Shown in pieces: positions 38,872-51,769 of a DNA stretch of 64,000 nucleotides. Source of the stretch: Octopus sinensis (lineage: Eukaryota). The stretch covers positions 123,132,001 to 123,196,000 of the forward strand of contig NC_042997.1 of assembly GCF_006345805.1 (NCBI RefSeq). Direction: 5' to 3'. Every line of letters begins with the position of its first letter. The stretch's first letter is position 1. A program made the translations under genes and the position numbers. The notes under the pieces were generated by a model that was not told where the DNA came from, ran no database searches, and saw nothing but the letters and a program-made list of their open reading frames with translations.

Positions 38872-39625
38872 GCTTCAAGAAAATAGACAACAAAGCTAAG
38901 GCAGTGTGTAATTTCTTGGACATTTTATAAAGAGAGCTGCTTCGCATTTGCACATTTGTATGTATACATGTACGCGTGTGTGTATATCTATATACAATAT
39001 TTTCTTTCTCTCACTGATTTATCAGTGTTCACTATCACTTTAGCTCATACAATTTCAGAACTCATATAAATACCTGTCTTTTAGAAACTGATTCTTCCCT
39101 TCCTTTTTGTTGTTTACAACCCACTTTTAATACCCCGCTCCGTACCACATTCTTAACCTATCCCACCACCTTAGTACCTTTCAGACATATCACCCCACCT
39201 CTCAATTCTCACACATGTTCCTTCCTTACATTGTTATCTCTCCCCCTCCTCCTATCTATGTTATCTACTGATGGCTTTCCTCTCCCCACCCTCCCACAAT
39301 ACCTTGACCACCTTCTAGCACTCCGTTTTCATTTTCCTCTTTCTTTCTTTCTTTCTTTCTTTCCCCCCATCCTTCGCCCAATACAATTTTCTTCTCCTAA
39401 CATTCTTTTCTATTCTATTCTCAACATTTCATTTACACTACAAGATCCCTTTGGATGAACACCACATGGATTTAATACATGCGCACTATCCATTAGTAAT
39501 AATAAAATATGAACTATCGGAACGAACATACCATAGACATCCATTGAATAATGGAACAGAAAGTTTAACATCTAACATACATCTTAATTGTATTCTTTGA
39601 TTTTCCTTTATACGTCTTATAGCGT

Positions 39626-39846
39626 ATTCTTTTATTCTTTTGTTTGCTTCAGTCATTTGAATGCGGCCATGTTGGAGCGCCGCCTTTAGTCGAGCAAATC
39701 GACCCCGGGACATATTCTTTGTAATCATAGTACTTATTCTGTCGGACTTCTCTTGCCGAACCGCTAAGTGACGAGGACTTAAACACCCCATCTTCAGTTG
39801 TCAAACAATGTTGGGGAACAAACACGGACACGCAACATATACATAC

Positions 39847-39926
<80 letters not shown>

Positions 39927-40017
39927 TCACGTATAATTATTTATATATGCATGTATATATACATGTAGATGTAGGTACGTACATATATGTGTATGTATGC
40001 ATATATTTTATTTATCA

Positions 40018-40050
<33 letters not shown>

Positions 40051-40146
40051 GACGGGCTTCTTTCAGTTTCCGCCTACCAAATCCACTCACAAGGCTTTGG
40101 TCGGCCCAAGGCTATAGTAGAAGACAGTTGCCCAAGTAGCCACACC
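39626..40146 (-). mobile_element. SINE family 1 with expanded central (TA)n
   Basis: Both halves match the complete copies. Confidence 0.8.
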
Positions 40147-40204
40147 TCACTTTCCAAAATAACTTCTTATATTGAACTCTACTATTTTCTTCTATTTATT
40201 TCTC

Positions 40205-40392
40205 TTCTATCGTTTCTGTGGATGGGATATTTTTTTTATTCCTGAAACAGCTGTAAAACTAACCTTTCCTTTATAAAATATCCTAGAAATTTTACATTGT
40301 CTTGGCTTTGTGGTTTCATTTTATTTAACATATACAGGCTCACACACGGCCCGCGTTAGACTCCTCATACTATTATCAAACCGGGAGTCTTA
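40205..40392 (+). mobile_element. PLE-type terminal repeat with HHR motif at 40212-40259 (core CTGTGGA)
   Basis: GTTT-CTGTGGA-T-GGGAT(ATTTTTTTT)ATTCC-T-GAAAC-AGCT-GTA-AAAC. The downstream part has a homolog at about 32870-33012 that lacks a recognisable HHR. Confidence 0.65.
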
Positions 40393-40758
40393 AAGCATTA
40401 TTTCCATAGCACTTACGTAGCCTTACCTGCCAGTCGATGTTCTGGATACCAAAAGGTCTCATATTTATCTATCTATCTATATATCTATCTACCTACCGAT
40501 CTGTATTTTATACACACACACACACACACACACACAACACACACACACACACATTATATATATTATATATATATATTATATATATATATATTCATATATA
40601 TTATATATATATAAAAAGCAATAAAGATTCAAGTTAATTAAATGAATTTACTTGAATATGGTACCTAACTTAGATGCACCAAAAAAAAACTATACTGTTT
40701 TAACAATACAGTAATGTGGGGTGATTATAGCGAGAAAGAGGCAACAAGAATGGATAGT

Positions 40759-40846
40759 TTTTAGTACAATCGTTTCATACAAGGACAGGCTTTATTAAAG
40801 TTGTAAAAATTACAGCATATAAACGTGTCCTACTCATCAGCTAAAA
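40759..40846 (-). ncRNA. Type I hammerhead, left arm
   Basis: TTTTAG-CTGATGA-GTA-GGACA...TGTCC-TTG-TAT-GAAAC-GATT-GTA-CTAAAA. Confidence 0.8.
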
Positions 40847-41534
40847 TACATGTGAGTTCTCTAGACATCCTAGTGGTTGAGGCTATACTCATGAAGTAAT
40901 GTAGATAATTAAGTAACATAACAGATTTCAAAGTTCATTAAAGTTCTTTAAAGATGATGTACAGTCTTATCACAGAATTAAAAAAGTTCTAATAGCATCA
41001 CAGAGAAGGTGACCTAATCCATAGAGCACATATGAATTTCCAGAGATATGATGAGGGATTACATACTCACAGAAGACAAATTTATCCATGTTAATCACAA
41101 CGAGGTGGGTCTCAATTCCTGCTTATTAGCATTACAGAGAGGGTGAATTAATCCTTTGTATATATGCACAATTTCCAATGGAAACTTACATCTACACCAT
41201 TGGAAATTGTGCATCTATACAAAGGATTAATTCACCCTCTCTGTAATGCTAATAAGCAGGAATTGAGACCCACCTCGTTGTGATTAACAATGGATAAATT
41301 TGTCTTCTGTGAGTATGTAATCCCTCATCATATCTCTGGAAATTCATATGTGCTCTATGGATTAGGTCACCTTCTCTGTGATGCTATTAGAACTTTTTAA
41401 AATTCTGTGATAAGACTGTACATCATCTTTAAAGAACTTTAATGAACTTTGGAATCTGTTTATGTTACTTAATTATCTACATTACTTCATGAGTATAGCC
41501 TCAACCACTAGGATGTCTAGAGAACTCACATGTA

Positions 41535-41625
41535 TTTTAGCTGATGAGTACGGGACACGTTTATATGCTGTAATTTTTACAACTTTTAATAAAGCCTGTC
41601 CTTGTATGAAACGATTGTACTAAAA
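41535..41625 (+). ncRNA. Type I hammerhead, right arm
   Basis: TTTTAG-CTGATGA-GTACGGGACA...TGTCCTTGTAT-GAAAC-GATT-GTA-CTAAAA. Stem I is a perfect 6 bp, stem II is long and starts with G-U, and helix III is the near-palindrome ACGATTGT. Confidence 0.85.
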
Positions 41626-41667
41626 ACCTATCCATTCTTGTTGCTTCTTTCTCGCGTATATATATAT

Positions 41668-41699
<32 letters not shown>

Positions 41700-41797
41700 C
41701 ACATACATATACATACATACATACATACATTCATACATACATACATATATAATACATATATATATATGTATATATATATATTATATATATATATACA

Positions 41798-41879
<82 letters not shown>

Positions 41880-41884
41880 TATAC

Positions 41885-41957
<73 letters not shown>

Positions 41958-42335
41958 TATATATATATGGTTACATAGATATATGCGTGTGTGGGTACAT
42001 CTGGCATACATATTAAGAAAGCTTACGTCATGCATTATATACGCTGAAGTATAAAGTAGAATAATTCATAATATATATTTGGAGTTTTCATCTCGTTTCA
42101 GAAAATTTTAGTGCCTGCCGTTTCCGTCTCTGTGCTTGAAGGCAAGATAACGACTCCAGATTGCAAGCCTCTCACTGCTTGGTTGGCGGCGCTATAAGCA
42201 GTTTTGTTTTACTTACACCTATTTGTGTACAATGGGTAATTATCTTCAAGACAAAACACGATGAATGCCTGTAAATGTAACTAATTTTAGTGCGTTTATA
42301 AATAATATGTCTGCGGATAATAATTTCTGGTACAC

Positions 42336-42381
42336 AACCGCTGATGAAGATTCTAATAAGAGTTGAAAAATATGTACAGCT
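42336..42381 (+). ncRNA. Degenerate hammerhead-like motif
   Basis: AACCG-CTGATGA-A-GATTCT(AATA)AGAGTT-GAAA-AATATG-TA-CAGCT. Stems I and III are partly broken. Confidence 0.35.
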
Positions 42382-42542
42382 TTTCCGTAGTTTTCTATGT
42401 TCTAACATATATTGTATAGCCGAATTCTTTAAAAGCATCATAACAGAAATTATTGATTACCGAGAACAACAAGTATGACCTAGAGTACATTATAACAAAA
42501 TGTTGAACCACCATAACACGAATGTTTAATTGTCTCTCCTGT

Positions 42543-42944
42543 TTACTCTTTTACTTGTTTCAGTCATTTGATGCGGGGATGCTGGAGCACCACTTTAGTT
42601 GAGCAAATCCACTCCAGGACTTATTCTTTGGAAGCCTGGTACTTATTCTATTGGTCTCTTTTGCCGAACCGCTAAGTTACGGGAACGTAAACACAACAGC
42701 ATCGGTTGTCAAGCAATGTTGGGGGACAAACACAGACGCACAAACATATGCACACACACACGCACACACACACACATACATATATATATATAGTTATATA
42801 TATATACGCCGGGCTTCTTTTAATTTCCATCTACCAAATCCACTCACAAGGCTTTGATCAGAACGAAGGTGCCACGCAGTGGGAATGAACACGGTACCAT
42901 GTGGTTGGTAAGCAAGTTACTTACCACACAGCCACTCATGTGCC
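42543..42944 (-). mobile_element. SINE family 1, near full length
   Basis: tRNA-like head (gagtggctgtgtggtaag...), central microsatellite and (AGTAAAAG)-like tail. Confidence 0.9.
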
Positions 42945-44010
42945 TATATATACGTCTCTGACGAAACACCAAATTGACTAGAAAAGTATGAACAGTTGTT
43001 ATTACATTTCTTCTATTCGCACATATTCTAGAGACGAATTCTTGTTTGACAATAGTTGTAACACGCAGTGATAGATAGCAAAAATACTATAAAACAATGC
43101 ATATGTTGTGGAGTACATTATATCTATGTATGCTCAACAATTCCCAATTTCTGATGTTCCATTTGACAACTTGCCAGCCGGCAAGATATTAGCTTAATCT
43201 ATTAATTCTAAATTAGCCGATCAATTTCATATAGCAGATGTGTTTACGTATCTGAGTAAAATCTGAGTATCATTATAACGACTAAAAATAAATAACAGTT
43301 TACTTATTCGTAAAAACGTTGATGCTACAGACGATATGCACTATATTATGTACAACTTTTTGTGTATATGGTTACAGAAATGTAATAACAATATTAATTA
43401 CATATTAATTAGGTTTGTTAGTTTTTTACGGAAATAAATATGAGTCCATCTAATTATGGGTTTACAAAAATGAGTCGTAATTAATATGTAATAAAGAAAA
43501 CGCTACTGAATACATATAGATTATACATACTGTCATAGTTTTATGATTTATATAAATTATATTGCTTAAGCATAAACTTGTAGTACAATAAACATAATTT
43601 ACAAGTAGAGCATTAAAACACAAAAATATACGCGAGGGAATTACTAGGGATTAAATTTCAGAAAGGGCATGGATGCTTGTTTTGCGATTGACTGTTTGGA
43701 TCCGAGTATATATAAATAGAAATTTTACAAAATATTGAAGAAATTTAAGTTTATTTATTTAATTGTGCGTTATATTTGTTGTTGACAGTGCTACATGCTA
43801 AGGAGCTAACCTCTTATTACATTATTGATGAGAGTACCGCTAAAATCATTTTTTTTTTCATATATATGAAAATGAATCTTTAGATAATGTTATCCTATAT
43901 AAGGTGTACACGGTTTGAAAAACCATTACTGGCTCTCATACACACATATATACATATATATATGTGTGTGTGCTTGTGCATATATATATATGTATATATG
44001 TATATGTATG

Positions 44011-44097
<87 letters not shown>

Positions 44098-44225
44098 CAC
44101 ATATAAAGCAGCAGCAGTAGCAGAAACAACTGGCTTCATGGTATAATCTTGTTATGAACCCGAAACATGTGGTTAGGAATCAATCTTCTTACCACACTGC
44201 CATGCGTGCACCTAACCCACACCTC

Positions 44226-45396
44226 TGTATCAAAAAGCTCCCGGATTTGTTATGTTTAACAAAAAAAAGACCTCATTTCCCAAAGTTTTAACATCATCTC
44301 CTTCGCAATAGCGTTCTTGTGTGCTTTTAGAATCAGGCAATGAACTCGTTTTCCGTAAGTGAGTCGAAGACCTTCTTCGATTGTCTCTAGTGGTAAAACA
44401 GCGATCTATGAGCTGCGTTTTCAGCTTGAAAAAGAAGTATAAGTCCACAGGAGATAAATCTAGTAAACAAGGCAGGTGTAGAAGCGATACCATGTTGTTT
44501 TTTTGCGAGAACCTTGGTGACAAGGTGCGTGAATAATTCAATAATTCACGTTCCACCCATCCGTTCGCTTTTACCGAATGTCTCCGTCAGACACTTCAAA
44601 ACGTCGTTGACTGTCTTCCGACGGTCCTCATGCACAAGCTGATGAATTTTCTTCCCATTTCCGGGGGTATCCCTCGTGGAATGCTTTATTTTTTATTGCC
44701 CACAAGGGGCTTAACATAAAAGGGACAAACAAGGACAGACAAACGGATTAAGTCGATTATATTGACCCCTGTACGTAACGGGTACTTAATTTATCGACCC
44801 CGAAAGAATGAAAGGCAAAGCCGACCCCGGCGGCGTTTGAACTCAGAACCTAACTGCAGACGAAATACCTATTTATTTACTACCCACAAAGGGCTAAACA
44901 CAGAGAGGACAGAACAAGGACAGAATTTGAACTCAGAACGTAGCAGCAGACGAAATACGGCTACGCATTTCGCCAGGTGTGCTAACGTTTCTACCAGCTC
45001 GCCGCTCGTGGAATGCATTCCAGATATTTCTTCGTCTTCTGGGGACGTTCTTCCGCTTTTGAAGCGCTCGTGTCACTTGAAACGTTGCGTACAAACCATC
45101 GCATCGTCGACGTAAACTTGACGAAGCATCCTCAATGTCTCTGTAGCAGACATCCCAAGTTTACCTCAAAATTTCATGTTGGCTCTTTGTTCCAACTTCC
45201 TGTTTATGACAAAAATCGCAGGGAACAGAAAACACGTGATCACAAAAACATGAATGTCACACTTTGCGAAGTAAACACAGCAATGTTGCTCGACACACTG
45301 CATAATGAATGCCACTGCTAGCTCTCACTGCACACGCAACCGTGTGCAGCCATCTGTTGCCGCAATACATAACTAGTCCGGGACATTTTTGATACA
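44226..45396 (-). mobile_element. mariner (Tc1/mariner) transposon, internally deleted and degenerate, interrupted by a SINE
   Basis: N-terminus EQRANMKF*GKLGMSATETLRMLRQVY.D.AM...F.*H.RFKSGRTS.EDE..SG. C-terminus KNNMVSLLHLPCLLDLSPVDLYFFFKLK (YSPDLAP-like). Imperfect 28-bp inverted ends gtatcaaaaagctcccgga.../...tccgggacatttttgatac. Confidence 0.85.
44685..45004 (-). mobile_element. SINE family 2 dimer inserted into the mariner, with 12-bp TSD
   Basis: TSD CTCGTGGAATGC at 44673-44684 and 45005-45016. Confidence 0.9.
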
Positions 45397-46216
45397 CACA
45401 CACACACACACACACACACTCAAAAATACACACTCACAAACGCATACAGCCGCATGCACAAACACAGACACACGCCCGTATATATGATTACATCTGAGAG
45501 AAGCAGTGATGTGTAACGCGAGTCAATAACGAAAAGAAATTAATTGTCCAAAACCAATACTTATATATGTGAATGTCTTTGTGTGTGTGTGTGCGTTAGT
45601 GTGTGTATGTGTGCTTGTATCTGTTTCTCTGTGTTTTTGTGTATGCGCCCACCAGAGTGTATATATAATCATTTGTGCTATGCACACTTTTTCATCATTC
45701 CCCTTGCAATTGAAATGTATTGCAATTGAAATGTATGAGGGTTAACTCATAATTTATCGATTGAATATGTAATCGCAATACCTTGTTTACCATATAAATA
45801 TGACAAATAACTGGGGTTTATTTTTTAACAATGTCACAGACTAACTGGAAACAAAGTGTCTAGAAGCAGTTTATAAACAAAATCATAACCATTGGCTATA
45901 CATCTACATTCACTGTGCTTTGCATTCAAGATTTTTTACTTGTTTTTGCAACAAAATGCCCCCGCTATATAAAAAACATATTTGTAAAAAAGATATAATC
46001 AAAATTCTTGTATGCTAGCTGTATCATACTACCATTATCAGTTATTCTCAACACTATTTTTCTACAAAGAAACATTCTTATGATTCTTTATACATTTCTC
46101 AAATTATATCTAAATATTTTTTTGAAGTGCATTGAATACTGTACCTGCTAAGTCAACAACATAAAATTATTCATTGAATACAAAGCTATTAATGTATGCA
46201 GCAATGCAGCATCTTC

Positions 46217-46252
<36 letters not shown>

Positions 46253-46494
46253 GGATGTGTATGTGTGTGCTTGTGTGTGTGTGTGTGTGTATGTGTGTAT
46301 GTGTGTGTATTTGTGTGTGTGTGTATACACATGTGTGTGGCCCATCACAGCTTGATGCGGTTCGGCAAAAGAAAGGGATAGAAAAAGTAATAGTTTTCAT
46401 AAAATAGAGTCTATGTGTTCGACTAAAACCCTTCCAAGAGGTTTCCCAGCGTGGCGGTAATCAAATGACTGAAAAAGTCAAAGATAAAATATAA

Positions 46495-46649
<155 letters not shown>

Positions 46650-46664
46650 TAAATATGTAGTTAT

Positions 46665-46867
46665 ACGTTGCTCCTGGGCGATTTCTTTGGATTTTCCCTT
46701 TCTCCTTTCCGACGCAGAGCTATGCACGAAACGTTAAACTCTCTCCTTTAACCGAGCATCAAGCTAATATGCTTCTTGTGAATATCATCACGTTCATGTT
46801 ATTTTTCTATCTTGTATTTTATCATTTGTATCCGTTTATTTATACTTTTTGTTTTTTTAAATTGAGT
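46665..46867 (+). mobile_element. PLE-type terminal repeat related to 1390-1602, with a decayed HHR at 46706-46738
   Basis: TTT-CCGACGC-A-GAGC(TAT)GCAC-GAAAC-GTT-AAA. The repeat ends in (TA)n. Confidence 0.7.
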
Positions 46868-46892
46868 ATGTATATATATATATATATATATA

Positions 46893-47062
46893 TAACGGGA
46901 AGCTTTATGAAAATAAACAAAAGACGAAGGCAGGTGGAAAACAAACGAACAATTGTATTAGTATGGCGCTCAGGAAATATAAATAAAACAAGTCTTTAAC
47001 GTTTCGAGCCTACGCTCTTCAACAGAAAGATACACAGAGAGAGAAAAACACAGAAATATATG
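46893..47062 (-). mobile_element. PLE-type terminal repeat, CUGUNGA family, copy 2
   Basis: Homologous to the 37.5- and 51.8-kb copies and ends in (TA)n. Confidence 0.8.
46993..47030 (-). ncRNA. Hammerhead fold with variant core CUGUUGA
   Basis: TCTTT-CTGTTGA-A-GAGC(GTAG)GCTC-GAAAC-GTT-AAAGA. All stems are perfect. Confidence 0.75.
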
Positions 47063-47264
47063 TAGGTGAATGAATTATCCTATGTTTATCGTCAGCATGG
47101 AAAATTCGTTGAACCGAAATCAGGATAGCAAATTCACGACAGAAACACGGTTGAAGCGACCTGTCCAAGGGTAGAAACTCCGGGTTCATGTGCAGAAATG
47201 TGTGTGTTGTATATGAATAAATGAAAGAATGGAGTCGAACGAAGATGTTAACAAAATCCCTTTA

Positions 47265-47346
47265 CTCTCGACATATGTTTCGAAGACAACATGGTTTCAT
47301 TCCAAAGGAATAAAGGGTGCATTATGCAATCTTCTCATCACGAAAG
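47265..47346 (-). ncRNA. Hammerhead fold with C3G substitution
   Basis: CTTTC-GTGATGA-GAAGA(...)TCTTC-GAAAC-ATAT-GTC-GAGAG. Helix III is the palindrome ACATATGT. Confidence 0.75.
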
Positions 47347-47612
47347 AAAGGTATTCTCTCTCGAAAACAAGACAAACAAAAATTTCGATGACTGCCTACA
47401 TGGTAAACAAAACGATAATGAGTGTTTTAAAAAAGAATTGATGTCAAAGATAGATAGTAGGAAGAGAAGGGTTAAAGGAATAATAGGTAGGGAACATGTG
47501 GAGAGGGAAGGGTACGTTGATTGAAAGAATGTTCGAAGGCTTAGGAAAGAATTTCGCTATTGAAGTGGAGTGCACGTTAAGCTAATTGTTCAAACTATAA
47601 TGACTATCGAAA

Positions 47613-48170
47613 TCATTTATATGAGTAGAAAGTATGTTTCTGCCAGTGTTTACATTTGTATGATTTTTCTATGAGTGTGTTTACTAGGGGAACCTTAGAG
47701 AAGAGAATATGGAAGAGTTCAGAGTTGCAAACGTTGCAAAATCTCCTGCCCTTATCAAAAGGAAAGGATACAGACAGTATGAACAAATCTAACTTGAACT
47801 TTATATAGTTGTCTTTAAGACGCCAAACTAATTTACTTAGCCCTGTACTCTGTCGTTTTTTACTATCCCTGAATGTTGAATAATGGTTTAAAATTCTCTT
47901 GGATAACTGGGAAGTGGACGCTCCTATATAGAAGAAGACATCGGTACCGGAAGAAATTCTACACTGGTAAATAGAATTCTTAATCTTAGAATTACTAGAC
48001 AAAAATTTAATTCTGTTGGGGTTGTCCTCCGAGATCGAAACGAAGTTTCTATTGCTATGAATGTTGTTACTATTATTATTAGCACCAACAACTACACTAT
48101 TTCTATTATTATTAGTATTATTAATGGTAATGCAACCAGTAATACCGCCGACAATAATACCGTTATTGTT
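47613..48170 (-). pseudogene. GIY-YIG endonuclease domain of a PLE
   Basis: Reads NSIYQC...FYIGAS...KRILNH...F...STGLSKLVWRLK...CNVC..E...I...N...E...C.H. The track ORF start at 48314 lies in the inverted pLTR and is a chimeric extension. Confidence 0.85.
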
Positions 48171-48258
48171 TTTTAAAAAACACTCATTATCCTTTTGTTT
48201 ACCATGTAGGCAGTCATCGAAATTTTTGTTTGTCTTGTTGTCGAGAGAGGCTACCTTT

Positions 48259-48340
48259 CTTTCCTTATAACAAGATTGCATAATGCACCCTTTATTCCTT
48301 TGGAATGAAACCATGTTGTCTTCGAAACATATGTCGTGAG
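48259..48340 (+). ncRNA. Decayed hammerhead fold, core CTTATAA
   Basis: CTTTC-CTTATAA-CAAGA(...)TCTTC-GAAAC-ATAT-GTC-GTGAG. Combined with the partner arm it reconstructs CTGATGA. Confidence 0.6.
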
Positions 48341-48382
48341 TAAAGGAATTTTGTTAACATTTCCGTTCGACTCCATTCTTTC

Positions 48383-48442
<60 letters not shown>

Positions 48443-48493
48443 TATATATGTATGTATGTATATATATATATATATATGACACACCCACACAAA

Positions 48494-48547
<54 letters not shown>

Positions 48548-48563
48548 GTATATATATATATAT

Positions 48564-48629
<66 letters not shown>

Positions 48630-49378
48630 CAAGTATATTTGTTTATATGTAGGAAGGTATGTATTTATGCAGTATATATCTTTAAACGTATGTGTATATG
48701 CGCGCATGTGTGTGTGTGTGCATGTGAGTCTGTATGTGTTTGTATGTGTGTGAGTGTGTGAAGAAACAGCTCTCGCTACATTTGCAGCTGCAGGATTACT
48801 GCATAGTCAATCATTGGTGGTGTCATACATCTATTGTAATCTAGATTGCCTGAGGCAGTAGCGAGAGAATTGTCCCACACACAAAGGCAATATCTCATTG
48901 TAACTCTTACGCTTTGTGAATTTGCTAGGTATTCAGAAAATGAATATACTGCATATGATTTAATTTGTATTCACGCAAACCCAAACGCACACACAATTCC
49001 TCATGTATACACACGTACACATTTAGTCATATATTTCGCGTATACATATCACACTATATATTAAATATTTTTCTAACGCCTTACAGAAGAATGTGCATTC
49101 CCTCATCCCTCACATAATCCACAAAATGCATAGTTTCTAATTCACATTTGTTCTAAAACTTCAGAAAGAAAATAAATACTCGTAGGTGTGCATAACTGCT
49201 TAATAAGGTCGACTGAAAACCATTACGTGGCGCTATTATTGAACAAATAACCTGCAGTATACATTCGCCCAACCAAATACTTGTGAGTGTTTGCAATATA
49301 TATGCTAGTGAATATGTAATCACAGCAAAGAGAGACGCATATATAACAGATGCACGCTACACACACACACCTACTTAC

Positions 49379-49588
49379 TGAAGTCGCTAAATAGCCAAGC
49401 CCACTCTCTAGACAGATCGCCACCACAAATATCCTGCCCTTGCACGTGGTTCACGGATTTCAAATCGGAATACAATCTTAGAATTGATGTCGATATCATA
49501 TTGGTAAACATCTTGTGACCTGCGTTGACCAATAGCAGCCCAACATCCATAAACCATTCTGGACATGTCTCATTCGGCATCTACGAGC
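49379..49588 (-). other. Candidate host exon, product unknown
   Basis: GC-richer non-repetitive island with acceptor tttcttcag| and donor A|GTAAGT. The open frame reads [14 protein letters not shown]...WAWLFSDF. No homology recognised. Confidence 0.3.
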
Positions 49589-49640
49589 CTGAAGAAATTT
49601 CAAGTTTCGTCAAACAGAATAAAAACTTTTACGAAATAAA

Positions 49641-49817
<177 letters not shown>

Positions 49818-50228
49818 TCGCTTAGGCATAGCGAGACTCACAACTTGGTATAGGACTCATAAATTGTGTGGTTCACAACACAATGTTATATGAGTATAGG
49901 TTGTTAACAGAAACACAGTCGTCTCTTGTTTCTGGCTATTTATACACATGCGCGCGCGCGTACGTGTGTGCATAGAAATTTGAAAAGTGACACTCGAGTT
50001 GATATGTATAAGGAAAATAAGACAAGGTAGAAAATGCCAAAATAGTTTTATTATGAAATACATTTTGTAACAATTCGTACCGGTTCCTGCCTTTTCGACT
50101 GTCTGAAAAAAGAGTAAAACAAAGTTGGATATTAATTAAGAAAAAGAAATATATCGAAGAAAAAATTAAATGAAATGTTTTGTAAATATTTCCATAGTCT
50201 TCAAATAGGTAACACATGTTCCCCATCT

Positions 50229-50264
<36 letters not shown>

Positions 50265-51174
50265 CCCTAGTGAAGGTTCGTTAGGATGTTAGTAGTAGAT
50301 CTGAAAAATTGTGTTTATAGGTGTAAAGATATATTTGTTCAGAAGTCAGATGATTTAATCTGCAGCAGCCGAAGAAGATGGCAAAGCAGTGGAAGGGGAA
50401 GAAGTGGAAGAAGTAGAAGAAGGAGAAGAAGAAGAAGAGGACGAAGAAGAAGACAGGAAGAAAATTATCCAGTAGTAAAGGCTCACTGTAGAATCTACTT
50501 TAATGGCCTCACAGTGACCCGTAGTAGTTGTATCAGCAGTAGTAGTAAAGATTGTTCTAATTAAATTCTTGGGTAGCGACTGTTCTAAATATATCTATCG
50601 TTTTTAATATTTCCGTGGGTATTATTCTAAGAACCCTGTTGTAGTGTCATTTATGGTCGAAGCATTGAAAAGAGGCTTATATTTTGCCAGCAAATACGAT
50701 TCTTTGCTAATGCGCTGATTATAGGTTGCATTGCCCCTAAATTTAGAGATGGAAAAGATCCTAAAGTTGGGTTGTTCATTAGTGGCACAAAATGTGCAGA
50801 TATGTGTGTGTATGTGTGGGTATGTGCATGCGCACAGGTCTGTATGTGTGTGTATATAATAATAGCACGTGTATGCGCGTTTGTGCGTGTGTGTCCGTGG
50901 CTGTTTTTATGTGTGTGTTTGCCTCTGTGTGTGTTTGGCTGATTTTATGTATGTGTGTGAGAGAGAGTGAACTTCGTGTCGCTTAATGTCGTAGGAAGAA
51001 ATTACAGTAGGGAACTGAGGAGTGTCTGTCTTGTGTATCTCCCTTCATATATGCATATATATGCTTGTATATGTATGTACATATATGTGTATATAGCTGT
51101 ATATATATGTATATATAGCTGTACATATATGTATATATAGCTTTACATACACACACGCATATATAAATATGTTT

Positions 51175-51700
51175 GAGACTTGGCTGCTGTTCCACCGTGC
51201 AGCAATCCAAGTTACGACAGATCCTCAATATACGATAGGAAGATCAAATTACCAACAAAGAAGTTATTTGCTGCACTTCACTACCAAGCGTTGAAGACAC
51301 CGGTCTTCGGCATCGTCTCCACTGAGCAGGTCACGTCCAACGTATAGAACCCTCTTCTCTCGAGCATCATGTTCTACGGAGTACTTGCAATCGGGAAAAG
51401 TTCCAGGAGAGGTCCGAAATTCTGTTTTAAAGACCAACTCAAAAGGACCTTGGCTCAAACTAACGCCCAGCAATCCACATGGGAACAGATTGCCATGGGT
51501 AGGACAACCTGGATGACTGCTATCGGCAATGGAACCAACTCCTTCGAGCAAAACAGACAACAGAATGAGGGGGTAAAACGCAGAAGAAAGGGGCGTCTTC
51601 AACATTCTTGATCCACAGTGAACACACTGTGCACATTCTACCCACGACTCTCTTACCTCCGACTGGGACTCCAAAGTCCTATTCGGTACAAACATCAACC
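51175..51700 (+). mobile_element. RTE (BovB-like) LINE, degenerate ORF C-terminus
   Basis: Reads [17 protein letters not shown]...LPSVE...RL.*AGHV.R, then FYG.L..GK..R.GPK..FKDQLK..L...WE..A..R..W...I..G...FE, plus a decayed terminal zinc finger. Confidence 0.85.
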
Positions 51701-51769
51701 AAGGAGGCTGGATAGAAACTAATGCACCAAATGCTCGGAAACGAGCTGGAGCCGATGATATATATATAT

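Larger units (their letters stand above)
40730..41655. mobile_element. Foldback element: inverted arms of about 455 bp with a 15-bp spacer, each arm with an HHR
   Basis: Arms 40730-41181 and 41197-41655 are near identical with a few small indels. The right end abuts a long (TA)n. Confidence 0.9.
47218..48387 (-). mobile_element. Penelope-like element, 5'-truncated: inverted 5' pLTR, GIY-YIG coding region and 3' pLTR
   Basis: Inverted repeats of about 217 bp (47218-47434 and 48170-48387) enclose a GIY-YIG ORF. Each repeat holds an HHR fold (47265-47346 minus, 48259-48340 plus). Confidence 0.9.
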
